From: Diplonema japonicum
Lineage: Eukaryota > Protista > Euglenozoa: Diplonemea
Direction of reading: 5' to 3'
Assembly: GCA_964019335.1 (NCBI GenBank)
Contig: OZ025726.1
Span: 124,001-188,000 of the forward strand
DNA length: 64,000 nt
This document shows positions 46,401-54,672 of the stretch, in pieces. The position numbers and the translations under genes were made by a program. Each line of letters begins with the position of its first letter. Position 1 is the first letter of the stretch. Below the pieces are notes generated by a model that saw nothing but the letters and a program-made list of their open reading frames with translations, was not told the origin of the DNA and did not search any database.

Positions 46401-48257
46401 GGGTAGGCACTTCACGCGCGTGTGTTCGAGCTCCCCGTTCAGGTTGTGGATTGTGTTCACCGTAACCTTACTGAGCTGCCCTCCTCCTCTTTTCTGCAAC
46501 ATGTTGAGCTGCGTCTGAATGGCTCTCAGCCTGCCTCGCATTTTCTCCAGCCGTACTTGCATGATCGACGCTGCCCCACACGAGCCAGTTGTTGTTGGTG
46601 CACATAGTTGTCTCTGTTGCGGTTGTCTCACCTTGCCGCGGCCCCTATAAGGTGCCGTGCCGACGGTCTCGTCCCCCAGAAGTATCTTCTCGCTCGCCTC
46701 AGCTAGCGCGAGGTACGCCGCCTCCGGGTCTTTTCGCATGTGTTCCCTGAAATTGCTCTCCTGGAGTGCCTTACTCCCCTCTTCTTCTGCTGGTTCCACG
46801 CCTCCTGGGATTTCTCGGGGTATCATGTATCTCTTCACAGTCTGCTGGAATCTCGCAAGTCTCAGCTCTACCGTCAGAGTCATATGGTCCGCCCCCTTTA
46901 CATCCCTGCTTGTTCTGCAGCCCTGTAGCGCCTGTGCTGCGAAAGCGTTCAGGAGGATGTAGTCGATCCTCGATGCACAGTTCTTCCGAGTGAAGGTTGG
47001 CATCGGGTCTTCTCCTTTTCCCGCTGCGCATGCTCCTGCCGCATCAGTCCATCCGTTCATCAGCGCGTGACGAAGCTCATACGATCTTTTCTCGTCCGTG
47101 TTGAGGTCGCCTGCCACAATCACGGGGACGTTCCCGAGCTCCATCGCCTTCTTCCTGAGGACGTGCTGCAAGAGTCGTTCTCGTTGCCTCCTTGGTTCCT
47201 CTCCCTCCCCTGCTGGGCAGTACACGGTGATGATGTGCAGCCACATATTTTCCCCGTCTATGCTGACCCTTGTGTGTTGCCACCTACTGTTGATGTCTTG
47301 CTTAGCGTCATCCCTCTCGAGTGATGTTCCCAGAGCTGTTCGTGGCTCGCGTACAAAAGTCGCCAGGCCTCCTCGTCTTGCGATATCTATAGATATCAGA
47401 CCTTCCTTGATCCTTCCCTGTTGCGGGTCTGCCCACATAGGTCTGTATTTTCGCTTCTTGTTCTTCTCTGTCGCGGATTTCATTGCGTGTGCCACCTCTT
47501 TCTGTCCTGCTGCCGTAAGTGCAGTCTCTTGTAGGCAGATCACGTCGACGTCGAGCTGCATGACGCTTTCCAGCCTGTTCCTCAGAGACGCTACATTTGC
47601 AGTTGCGAGATGGAAAACCTGTGTCGGTGGCTTCTTGGTACTGCCTGTTTGTTCACCCTCACTACTTAGGACTTTAAGTGTGCGGTTACCAGCCTTCTCA
47701 TAGGGGGTATGGCGCCCCTGACTCGCCCCCGTCCCAGTGGTCAGGACACCCCTTCGTTCAGGGCCGGGTAGATTTCCCCGTTGTTGTAGAGTCGAAGTCT
47801 GGCCAGGTGCTGTAGCCTTCTTGTTCCGAGTACCAAGTGCCACCTTCAGCAGGTCCTCCATCTGCACTACCGTGGCCTCCGTCTTGCCCAACCAATCCAT
47901 CATGTGTAGCGGCGCGAGTACAGCGTCGTAGTGCTGGGAGTCGTAAGCAACTATAATCGTCTGCTTCGCCCCGTCTGGCTTCGTGGCTCGCACCATTCTC
48001 TTTTTGTGGAGGATCCAGATACATGTCTGGGTTGCCCATCCTGCCGCTCCGAGGGTGTAGTAGTCCCCCCACTCTCCGTCATGCTCAATCCTTCTGAGAG
48101 AAAGGGAGTGTTTCCTTGCTTCTTTGTAAAACTCCGGGTTCGTCGCGATGTACTCTGCTGCCTGTGCGCGTACTGTGCTGGCGTTCCCTGCTCCTCGCGC
48201 CCTAGCAATTGCAGCGAACTGGCAATTTCCGTCCCCTTCCACTGGCATGTATCTCAT
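43416..48257 (-). CDS. LINE ORF2: OTU protease, AP endonuclease, reverse transcriptase, C-terminal zinc knuckle
   Basis: OTU: GDGNC, EWG, HYD. APE: TANV, CLQET, AGDLN, RIDY, DH. RT: QHGFR, LDFAKCFD, QGCPIS, YADD. Zn: CDAC...HALWEC. Confidence 0.95.
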   Translation of the reverse strand: MRYMPVEGDGNCQFAAIARARGAGNASTVRAQAAEYIATNPEFYKEARKHSLSLRRIEHDGEWGDYYTLGAAGWATQTCIWILHKKRMVRATKPDGAKQTIIVAYDSQHYDAVLAPLHMMDWLGKTEATVVQMEDLLKVALGTRNKKATAPGQTSTLQQRGNLPGPERRGVLTTGTGASQGRHTPYEKAGNRTLKVLSSEGEQTGSTKKPPTQVFHLATANVASLRNRLESVMQLDVDVICLQETALTAAGQKEVAHAMKSATEKNKKRKYRPMWADPQQGRIKEGLISIDIARRGGLATFVREPRTALGTSLERDDAKQDINSRWQHTRVSIDGENMWLHIITVYCPAGEGEEPRRQRERLLQHVLRKKAMELGNVPVIVAGDLNTDEKRSYELRHALMNGWTDAAGACAAGKGEDPMPTFTRKNCASRIDYILLNAFAAQALQGCRTSRDVKGADHMTLTVELRLARFQQTVKRYMIPREIPGGVEPAEEEGSKALQESNFREHMRKDPEAAYLALAEASEKILLGDETVGTAPYRGRGKVRQPQQRQLCAPTTTGSCGAASIMQVRLEKMRGRLRAIQTQLNMLQKRGGGQLSKVTVNTIHNLNGELEHTRVKCLPIDPTQANIEDMVADAEIMSEAVERREREMVKEQRTARHRSYLDSVEQGKETKELVDSAKGIEDKRGTATVEMEKDTIANPQELDRTMREHWEHVFAKYRDKPQPAYATFEKEYGAYIEKRDMVWTPITGIRLKQVLKKKTARSAAGVDGWRMAELRRLPVSILDAWAVFLNEVEETGKWPESALTALVTLIPKTKNAGPLEHRPITVTSAVYRLWACTRLGDILEWQESWIHKTQHGFRARHGTEDVLMDICTRIEEAAMDKTPLLGVALDFAKCFDTVPQQLVLKLMERMGMDKGILRALEGMYKGLRRRFRYATGVGEEFTTTNGILQGCPISIIMINALLAVLMRSVEERTGAETLSYADDAYLLAKLAEVLQKATDSASAFCDIVGMELNTKKSEVFAAGAKAPGIEVAGRQLRSTNKIKVLGARIRTDGQTQTDNTRARAAGDTLRRLATTQLSFWQKAEVLRTTVLPSCLYDVAFAPPSEGYLKSLTSTATYALWGPRYRTRSPAAVLSNLFSGHTHDPEVAAPYRALAAIYRTRRKLGEVWERCQRLAKGYQDPTRTTPLGPIGNAMKRWLPKISTNWGQFTEMLAENKDKFAHVVREKLRSGRAEHIQDRRRSMEGLDRGADPRTNDLWRELMRLGPQGAMAARDLRRIVAGGVFYTHPKAWYQDKITRRVPPPEGEQSESEDSSEEEGDETHERVNKRPTTDEVTCDACGAEEDESNMLRHALWECSVAKEVQQKEVHAEVVASKTEMPICMQLHGTLPRGHRTHQHRLRKTQYYLLEVVAKRDQLLQDKRKLETYTTHPWEQVTEGNAHAPPEWKELRKHVSGSLMMKHGEDIVKWLKKLKWYDGPRKTTVTTMELVLDFENTLGVEPITGKKGDLDMIQKKARSFHGLLERIQEGWDTARIQKKVRGKRIFPAESQKNHALRTIGAKKSLGWNRRPVFASEKTKKDLKKLGRKWQEEREDTLRKATQPKKKERPRPQKGERGR

Positions 48258-48338
48258 GAGCAGCTGTTCGGCTGTGCTTCGCAGGAGTTGCCTCTCCGTT
48301 CCCTCTGTCCTCCCGCCGCCCCTCCATGCTCCTGCGTT

Positions 48339-50021
48339 TCATCGCCTCACGCACGCGCGGCATACCTTGCGGCTGCATCCGTCAACCTGGCACCTAAGCT
48401 GGTACCGCTTCTTCGGCTGCTGCTTCTCGCAACCGTCGCACCACCACCTCCCCTGCTTCTTCTCGCCCTCGTCGCGGTCTGGGTAGATGTGGGCGTGCCT
48501 GTCCGTGTCCCTCTCCCTCCGCCTTCGCTCGGTGTCCCTCGCTAGGCTCCGGCTCTTCGACTTCGACGACGCCCTCGACTTCGTCTTGGCCCTCGAGGTC
48601 GTCGTCTCCGCCGCGTATCCTGCCGTGGCCTGTTCCTCGGGCTCCACCGACATCCTCACCCCAGACGGGGATCTCATCCTCGGCTTCGGTGATGGTGATC
48701 GTGATGCCGATTGTGTGGGGGGTGTCGTCTCCCTTGTTGACTTCCCTCCAACCTTCCGTTTCTTCTCTGTTGGCTTCCCAGAGAGCTTCTCCAGCATTGC
48801 CTTCAGTTCTTGCACTTCCTTTCTGAGAGCTACCACCTCCTGTTCGAGCATCTCTTCTTTTTTCGTAGGGCCTTGCAGTTGCTGCTGCTCCTTCTGTTGT
48901 TGTTCCCGCGTGTGCTGCTTTCCTTGTTGCTGTTGTTTTTCTTGCTGCGGGTGCTGTTGCTCAGGTGCTACCTTCCCAGCTTCGACCCACGCCTTCTGCC
49001 CGTGTGTCTTCCCGTATAGCGCCAGGAACTGGCGCTTCGTGTACGTGCGCCCCGCGTACTCTTCCGGGTCTGCGGGGTCCGTCCTCTTCTCCTCCTCCTG
49101 CTTTCGCACTGCCTTCGGCGGCGGCTTCCCTGCCTCCCACACCTCCGCCGTTCCTCCCTGCCATTTTATCTCCCCGAAACTTGGGGGTGCCTCCGCCTGC
49201 AACACAGCCACTGTGCCCCCCTGCTTCGGGATGGTGCGGATGACCACCGCTTTCCACCCTGCTTCTTTGACAACCTCCTCGATGGTGGTTGTGTCCGCGC
49301 CCTTCGGGAGACCTCGGATGTCGTAGGTGGTCTTTCTGACAACCCCGAGGCCTTCCTTCAGGAGGTACTCCTGCACTTCCTCCCTTCTCTCGCTGACCTG
49401 CAGGCCCCATCCCTTGCCGTTCAGCGTCAGTGTCGCCGAGGGGGTGATCCGTGTCATCACTGCCCCAAGTACGTTTTGTGCCAGCCAGTGCTGCCTTGTG
49501 GACATCCACAAGGCCCCCCTTTCCCTCCTCTCGATCTTCCAGGGACCGTCCTCGTTCCCTAGCGCGGTCCCCTCCTGTTCCGGTGCCATCCAGATTAGGA
49601 AATCCATGACAGATTCCCCCTTCTTGCCTTCCCTCTCCATGTGTGGCCCTACGTGCACTCCCGTCAGGCCCGCCTTGCCGAGAAAGGCCATCACACTCTT
49701 TCTCGGGTCTTCCTTCGCCGCTTTCCATGCCTCGTCTCCTGCCGCCCACTCAGCCATGATGGCCCTGCAGGCGACCTCCTCCTTTGCGCCCTTCACCGGC
49801 GCCTTCTTCCTTTCCCCTCCTTTCCCGCTGGCCGCCTCCCTTGGCGCCACCAGCCGCTGCACCGTCACCGTCCCGCCACTCACCTTCTTCCCCACCCTCT
49901 CCGCCCAGTTTGGGCCCTGCCCGTCCCGGCGCGTCTGCACCGAGCTTTGCTCGGTCCCAGGGGCACCGCTTGGAGGTGCGCCGGGTTTGCTTGCTGATTG
50001 CTCTGATTGATGTTCGCTCAT
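48339..50021 (-). CDS. LINE ORF1 with coiled coil and C-terminal Cys-rich zinc finger
   Basis: 560-aa ORF; LEQEVVALRKEVQELKAML coiled coil; WWCDGC...CQVDGC...CRAC. Confidence 0.85.
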   Translation of the reverse strand: MSEHQSEQSASKPGAPPSGAPGTEQSSVQTRRDGQGPNWAERVGKKVSGGTVTVQRLVAPREAASGKGGERKKAPVKGAKEEVACRAIMAEWAAGDEAWKAAKEDPRKSVMAFLGKAGLTGVHVGPHMEREGKKGESVMDFLIWMAPEQEGTALGNEDGPWKIERRERGALWMSTRQHWLAQNVLGAVMTRITPSATLTLNGKGWGLQVSERREEVQEYLLKEGLGVVRKTTYDIRGLPKGADTTTIEEVVKEAGWKAVVIRTIPKQGGTVAVLQAEAPPSFGEIKWQGGTAEVWEAGKPPPKAVRKQEEEKRTDPADPEEYAGRTYTKRQFLALYGKTHGQKAWVEAGKVAPEQQHPQQEKQQQQGKQHTREQQQKEQQQLQGPTKKEEMLEQEVVALRKEVQELKAMLEKLSGKPTEKKRKVGGKSTRETTPPTQSASRSPSPKPRMRSPSGVRMSVEPEEQATAGYAAETTTSRAKTKSRASSKSKSRSLARDTERRRRERDTDRHAHIYPDRDEGEKKQGRWWCDGCEKQQPKKRYQLRCQVDGCSRKVCRACVRR

Positions 50022-50051
50022 GTTAGTTCCGCCCCCTAAAAAAAAAAAAAA

Positions 50052-51050
50052 TCACCTCTGCAGCAGCATCTTTCTTTGCATATGATATGCCTGTTTCTTC
50101 CTCCTCAACACGGAATCGGGCCAAATCTTAGCGGGGTGTATTTTGTACAGAATCGGTGAAAAGGGGTTGGGCCGTTCATAACACAAAACACTGGCCTGCG
50201 GGGTCCCCGCCACAAACGAAAAAATCAGCGTGTTAATCTCTGGCGGGAACGAGCAAGTATGCCTCACCGCGTACAACTGGTTCCTGAGAAGCTGTGTCGG
50301 GGAGAGGTACCTGGGGGGTATGGACCGAAGCCAAGTGCTAATCATGAAAGAACACCTCCGCATTAAACAGCACTCCGAAGTTTTCATTAAATTCTCGGGA
50401 GGATCATCGAGGACTACCTTAGGAAGCGATGTGAGAAGTGAGAACAGTTCGATTAAAAGTCTCACGCTGGCGAACGCCACGGACAACCCCTTAGGATCCA
50501 CCTTCATCACCTCGTAGATTGTGTTGACCACTACGTACGGTAAAGAAAACACCATTATCCACGGGACAATGACCAACGAAATCAGAAAGAGCGACCACAC
50601 CGCCCACAAAAAACACCCAACCTTCACCAACGAGTGCGCGTAAGGTACCCGTCTTGAGAACAACCTAGCCGATGCTGTCATAACTATCACTGCTGGTGCC
50701 ATGGCGCAAGTACAGCAGAGAGCACACCATATAAATAGTAGTAAGACCCTGAAAATCTTTGCCAGCGTTAGCGGGACTAGTAAAATGGCCGCGGCTCTAG
50801 TCCAAAATTTGTCGGCGCTGCCTTCCCACTCCGTTCTTCGTGTGGTGAACACCTCCATTTTTCTGAAGAAACTGATTGCAATGCCGATCCCGAAGCGGCC
50901 TAACAGGTTGTCGCCAACCTGGCACACCCACACCGTGACCACGCATAGCCATTCAATTACATGCGACACCAAGCACGCAGGATTGCTCACCACGCTCACT
51001 TCACGCTTTACCGCTTTTGTAAACCATTTGTAAAAACTTTTTACGCCCAT
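50052..51050 (-). CDS. Hypothetical multi-pass membrane protein
   Basis: ORF from MGVKSF; several hydrophobic segments. Confidence 0.7.
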   Translation of the reverse strand: MGVKSFYKWFTKAVKREVSVVSNPACLVSHVIEWLCVVTVWVCQVGDNLLGRFGIGIAISFFRKMEVFTTRRTEWEGSADKFWTRAAAILLVPLTLAKIFRVLLLFIWCALCCTCAMAPAVIVMTASARLFSRRVPYAHSLVKVGCFLWAVWSLFLISLVIVPWIMVFSLPYVVVNTIYEVMKVDPKGLSVAFASVRLLIELFSLLTSLPKVVLDDPPENLMKTSECCLMRRCSFMISTWLRSIPPRYLSPTQLLRNQLYAVRHTCSFPPEINTLIFSFVAGTPQASVLCYERPNPFSPILYKIHPAKIWPDSVLRRKKQAYHMQRKMLLQR

Positions 51051-51388
51051 TTGTCTTTGTTCATCTTTTTTTTTTCTCTTTTTTTTTTTCCCTTTTTTTT
51101 TTTCTTTTCGTTCCCATCTTGAAAGAAAAAAAAATAATAAAAAGGGGCGGCGTAGAGAGAAGAAAAAAAAAAAAAAAAAAAAAGAAGGAAATCGTAAGAA
51201 AATCAAGGGGGGCGGGGGGCCAATGACAAGAACAAGGGGGGTGCAAATCAATAGAAATGAAAAAAAAAAAAGAAATGTGTACATTCCCCCCCTTTTTTTT
51301 TCCGGTGTAAAAGAAAAAGAAAAAAAAACTTTTTTGTAGTTTTGTTGTTGTTTTGTACATCTTAAAAAAAAAAAAAAAATTGTTTCCT

Positions 51389-52054
51389 TCATCCTCGTTG
51401 GTTTCTCTTCACAGAGCCTCGCCTCTCCATGAGCGTGGCGAGGTTTGTGGTAGATTCCTCCACGAGCTTTCTGAAGGCTGCTCCGGGTGCGTCGGTCTTA
51501 GTCGCTTCGTCTTCCGTTCGGCAAATTTTTATTTTACCGCAGTGCAAAACGTCTTTTAGAGAAAAGGTGTCGATGAGCTCCGTGGTGGCCGTGGGCGCCA
51601 GATTCCCTTTATCATTGAAGACAATGAGGGCTGGGATTTGAGCAGAAAAAACATGAGGGAGGACAAGTTCATGCAGACAGGCACAAGACTCTTCAAACCG
51701 GAGCTTGTCGTGCGTATCGATGACATACATGATACCGCACTTTCCCTTAAACCTCTGAGTCCATAAGGCACGGTGCCGTTTCTTGCCCCCTATGTCTACC
51801 ACCCTGCAACATTGTTCCTCGTCCCCCCATAACATCCATTCGTTCATCCGCTCTTTTGCTTGTTTATTCACAAAGACTACATCTTCCATTCCTGTGGGCA
51901 CGACAGCTTCCTCCTCTCGCCCCATTGCATCAAGGCACATCTTCGTCTTCCCAGCCCCGTCCAGACCCACCACTACAACGCTCAGTGATGTAGATCTCAC
52001 ATCACCCCCACAAGTCGGTATATCCTTCTTCACCATGTCCATTACAGCTCCCAT
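51389..52054 (-). CDS. Divergent ARF-like small GTPase
   Basis: N-terminal MG, GLDGAGKT P-loop, DIGG..RALW, YVID..D..R. Confidence 0.85.
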   Translation of the reverse strand: MGAVMDMVKKDIPTCGGDVRSTSLSVVVVGLDGAGKTKMCLDAMGREEEAVVPTGMEDVVFVNKQAKERMNEWMLWGDEEQCCRVVDIGGKKRHRALWTQRFKGKCGIMYVIDTHDKLRFEESCACLHELVLPHVFSAQIPALIVFNDKGNLAPTATTELIDTFSLKDVLHCGKIKICRTEDEATKTDAPGAAFRKLVEESTTNLATLMERRGSVKRNQRG

Positions 52055-52064
52055 TTTTCTTTCT

Positions 52065-52106
<42 letters not shown>

Positions 52107-52697
52107 GTGTGTGTAAATGAATTGTAACTATTTATTTTATGTTTTGGTAAAAAAAAAAAAAAAAAAAAAAAAAAATTGGTTGGAAAAAAAAAAAAAAATA
52201 ATAATAATTTATAATAATAATAATACAAAAAAAAAGGGGGGGGTGTTTCTAAAAGAAATTTAAAAAAATTCATTTACAATTATTTTTTTTCCTTCCCCTT
52301 TTTTCTTTGTTCAAGCAAAGAAAAAAACAAGAAAAAGAGAAGAAAAAAAAAACAAAAAAGGTACAAAAAAAAGGGGGAGGGGGGTGATAATAAAGAATAA
52401 AAACCCTTCCAGGGCAGAATTCGTGGTGGTACAAAGTTCCTCGCAGCGTGCGAGGATACCGTTCCCATTAAAGGGGGAGAGGGGGAGGACGGCTAGAATG
52501 AATGGGACAGGGAAGGGAAAGTGTTTGACTGATTTTAATCACAGGGCGCCTGTATCGAAAGTCAACACTCCAAGTTAGCATGTGGTGAAGGAGCAGAACA
52601 AAAGATTATCAACAATTAAATATAAAACTCAGATATGGTATATCCATTCCCGACCAATATAAAAGAAAAGAAAAATCACACAATCATCTCAATCTCC

Positions 52698-53287
52698 TCA
52701 AATTCTTCTCATGGGCTCTGAAGGAATGAACTGGTCTGCTTCTTCGGGGTTGCTCGAGGTCTCTGGCAGAGACGAAAAGTCCGAGTGGGAGACTACTGTA
52801 TTAATATGGTTCGTCACGAAATCCCTACGCCTCTTGGCGGTGGAGGGATGCATCTGGGGGGTGTTCCGTAGCCCTGATTTCTTCATTGCAGCGGCCATCC
52901 CGGCAATCCGCTCTTTCGAGGCCTGCAGGCGCATCTCTGTTTTACTCAATTGCTTTACCAGAATGTTTTCAACAAACAAAGAGGTATCAAGCTCTGCGTC
53001 CTTGGCAAAAATTTCAAATGTTTCTTCCCCCACCGCGCTGTAAGGTGCTGTGTTCCTGGCGGGGCTCTTCCCCCTGGCACGTACCCAATCTTCCCATTGT
53101 GGGTCTCTTTTTTCGGCTTCCTTTGCATACTTCTTGTACTCTTCAAAACACCAGAGACCGTCTTCATTCTTGTACCGGTTGTACACCGCCTTTTCCGTCG
53201 CCCTGCGCAGATTTTTGGCGTGTTTGCTCTCCACTTCAACTTCTTTAATGACCTGTTGTTGCTGCCGCTTTTTGGATTGTGATGATC

Positions 53288-53291
<4 letters not shown>
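52698..53291 (-). CDS. Hypothetical protein, probably N-myristoylated
   Basis: Starts MGSSQSK (MGxxxS) after a poly(A) run. Confidence 0.7.
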
Positions 53292-53319
<28 letters not shown>

Positions 53320-53723
53320 GGTAACCTCGCTCCTCTTTTCATACATGAAAAACGGTTAATGAAGAAGAATAAAAAAAAAATAAAAAAAAACTGGTAACGG
53401 GGTGGGAACCCTCATTGGAAATTTTGGCGGTTGCAAACGCAGAGTACTTCCTGAGCAAAGGGGAGAAAGGAAGATGAGGGGACAAAGTACTAAGGAAATA
53501 AATCGTTTTTTTCTTTTTCCTTTTTTTTTTTTTTTTTTCCTGTCTTCTGGTGGTGAGAGGGGGAGAAAAGGAAAGATTTTGGGTTATGCTGATCAGAAAC
53601 AAAAATACAAAAATACATAAAAAAAAAAAAAAAAGAATTGTGATTTTTCAGTGGCCCAGTGATAACTTCAACGTAAATGAAACTAAAGATCACTATGATT
53701 GTGTGAGTGGAGGTGTGAAAAAT

Positions 53724-53778
53724 AAAGATGTCTTTGAAGGTTTGAAGAGAACCTGCAGTATGTGACAGGATCGCCTAA
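53724..53778. repeat. ~45-nt hairpin repeat, subfamily 2 (with a tttgaag duplication)
   Basis: aaagatgtctttgaaggtttgaagagaacctgcagtatgtgacaggatcgcctaa. Confidence 0.85.
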
Positions 53779-54269
53779 TAAATAGTGACTCACGGAACGA
53801 TTTACGATTGAACTGTGGACAGTTGCCTCTCTCTTTTTTTTTTTTTTTTCCCTTAAAAAAAAAGAAACGAATGAAAAAAACTAAAAAAAAAAAACGTTTA
53901 GAAAAAAAAAAGTATTCCCTCTATCTCTTAGCCGGTAAGACCCCTTTTGTTCACAACAAGGTAAAAAAAAAATTCACTTATGATAGGAACGAAGTGGTTA
54001 CCAACGGCCCGCGAAAAAAAAAGAAAACGATAGAAAATAGACAACAAAGTTCTTATCTCCCACCCTTTTTTTAATCTACTACGTATATCCGACTTTAATA
54101 AGAGATTGAGCCCCATAAAGAGAAAAAAAAAATGGTAAAAGACTTGTTTTGCTTTCCGCTCACAGGACAGGGACCCCGCGAAGCGAAAATTTTATTTTAT
54201 TTTTCGCTCGAATTTTTTAACACACAAGTCATACACAGTCGGCCCCAAGTATACCATAAAGAACATAGG

Positions 54270-54493
54270 GTGGAGGGTGTTTGGAGGCACTACGAGAATG
54301 GGGTAGCGTGCCTGGTCCCCGTTAGCCGAAGCCAAAATGCGATCCATGTTACCCCTGTTTTGAAAGGTCTGTTTGTGCCTGGGTGACAGTTGCTCACTGC
54401 AAGGTTTCACTGTCTCTCCGCCGGGCATCACCCTGCACAGACTTCCCTGAAATGATCGCTTAAGGGGAGGTGTCGTTACGTCTTGCTGGCCAG
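54270..54493. repeat. Dispersed block-conserved repeat, copy 2
   Basis: Shares three collinear motifs with 42707-42837. Confidence 0.7.
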
Positions 54494-54672
54494 AAAAATC
54501 CTTTACTCGGCACAAAAAGAACAAAAAAAAAAAGAAAAAAAAAAAAAAAAACCAGATAAGAGGGAAAAAAAAAAAAAAAAAACTGAACCATACACTACCC
54601 CCCCCCCTCCCCTTCTACCCCATTTTTTTTTTTTTTTCCATTTTCATTTTCTAAATCACCAAATGATGCCCA

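Larger units (their letters stand above)
43367..50038 (-). mobile_element. Near-intact non-LTR retrotransposon (APE-type LINE) with OTU domain; ends approximate
   Basis: Intronless and free of long homopolymers over 6.7 kb, with two long ORFs, bounded by T-runs on the sense strand. Confidence 0.92.

Noticed and set aside
47755-47790. 2A-like ribosomal skip (QQRGNLPGP) between OTU and APE
   Set aside because: Does not match D(V/I)ExNPGP.
50022-50028. AACTAAC resembling the start of the kinetoplastid SL at the LINE 5' end
   Set aside because: Only 7 nt, and inconsistent with the diplonemid-type relic at 13868-13898.
52520-52569. Hammerhead ribozyme (CTGA...GAAA)
   Set aside because: The core reads CTGATTT rather than CUGAnGA, and there is no stem III.
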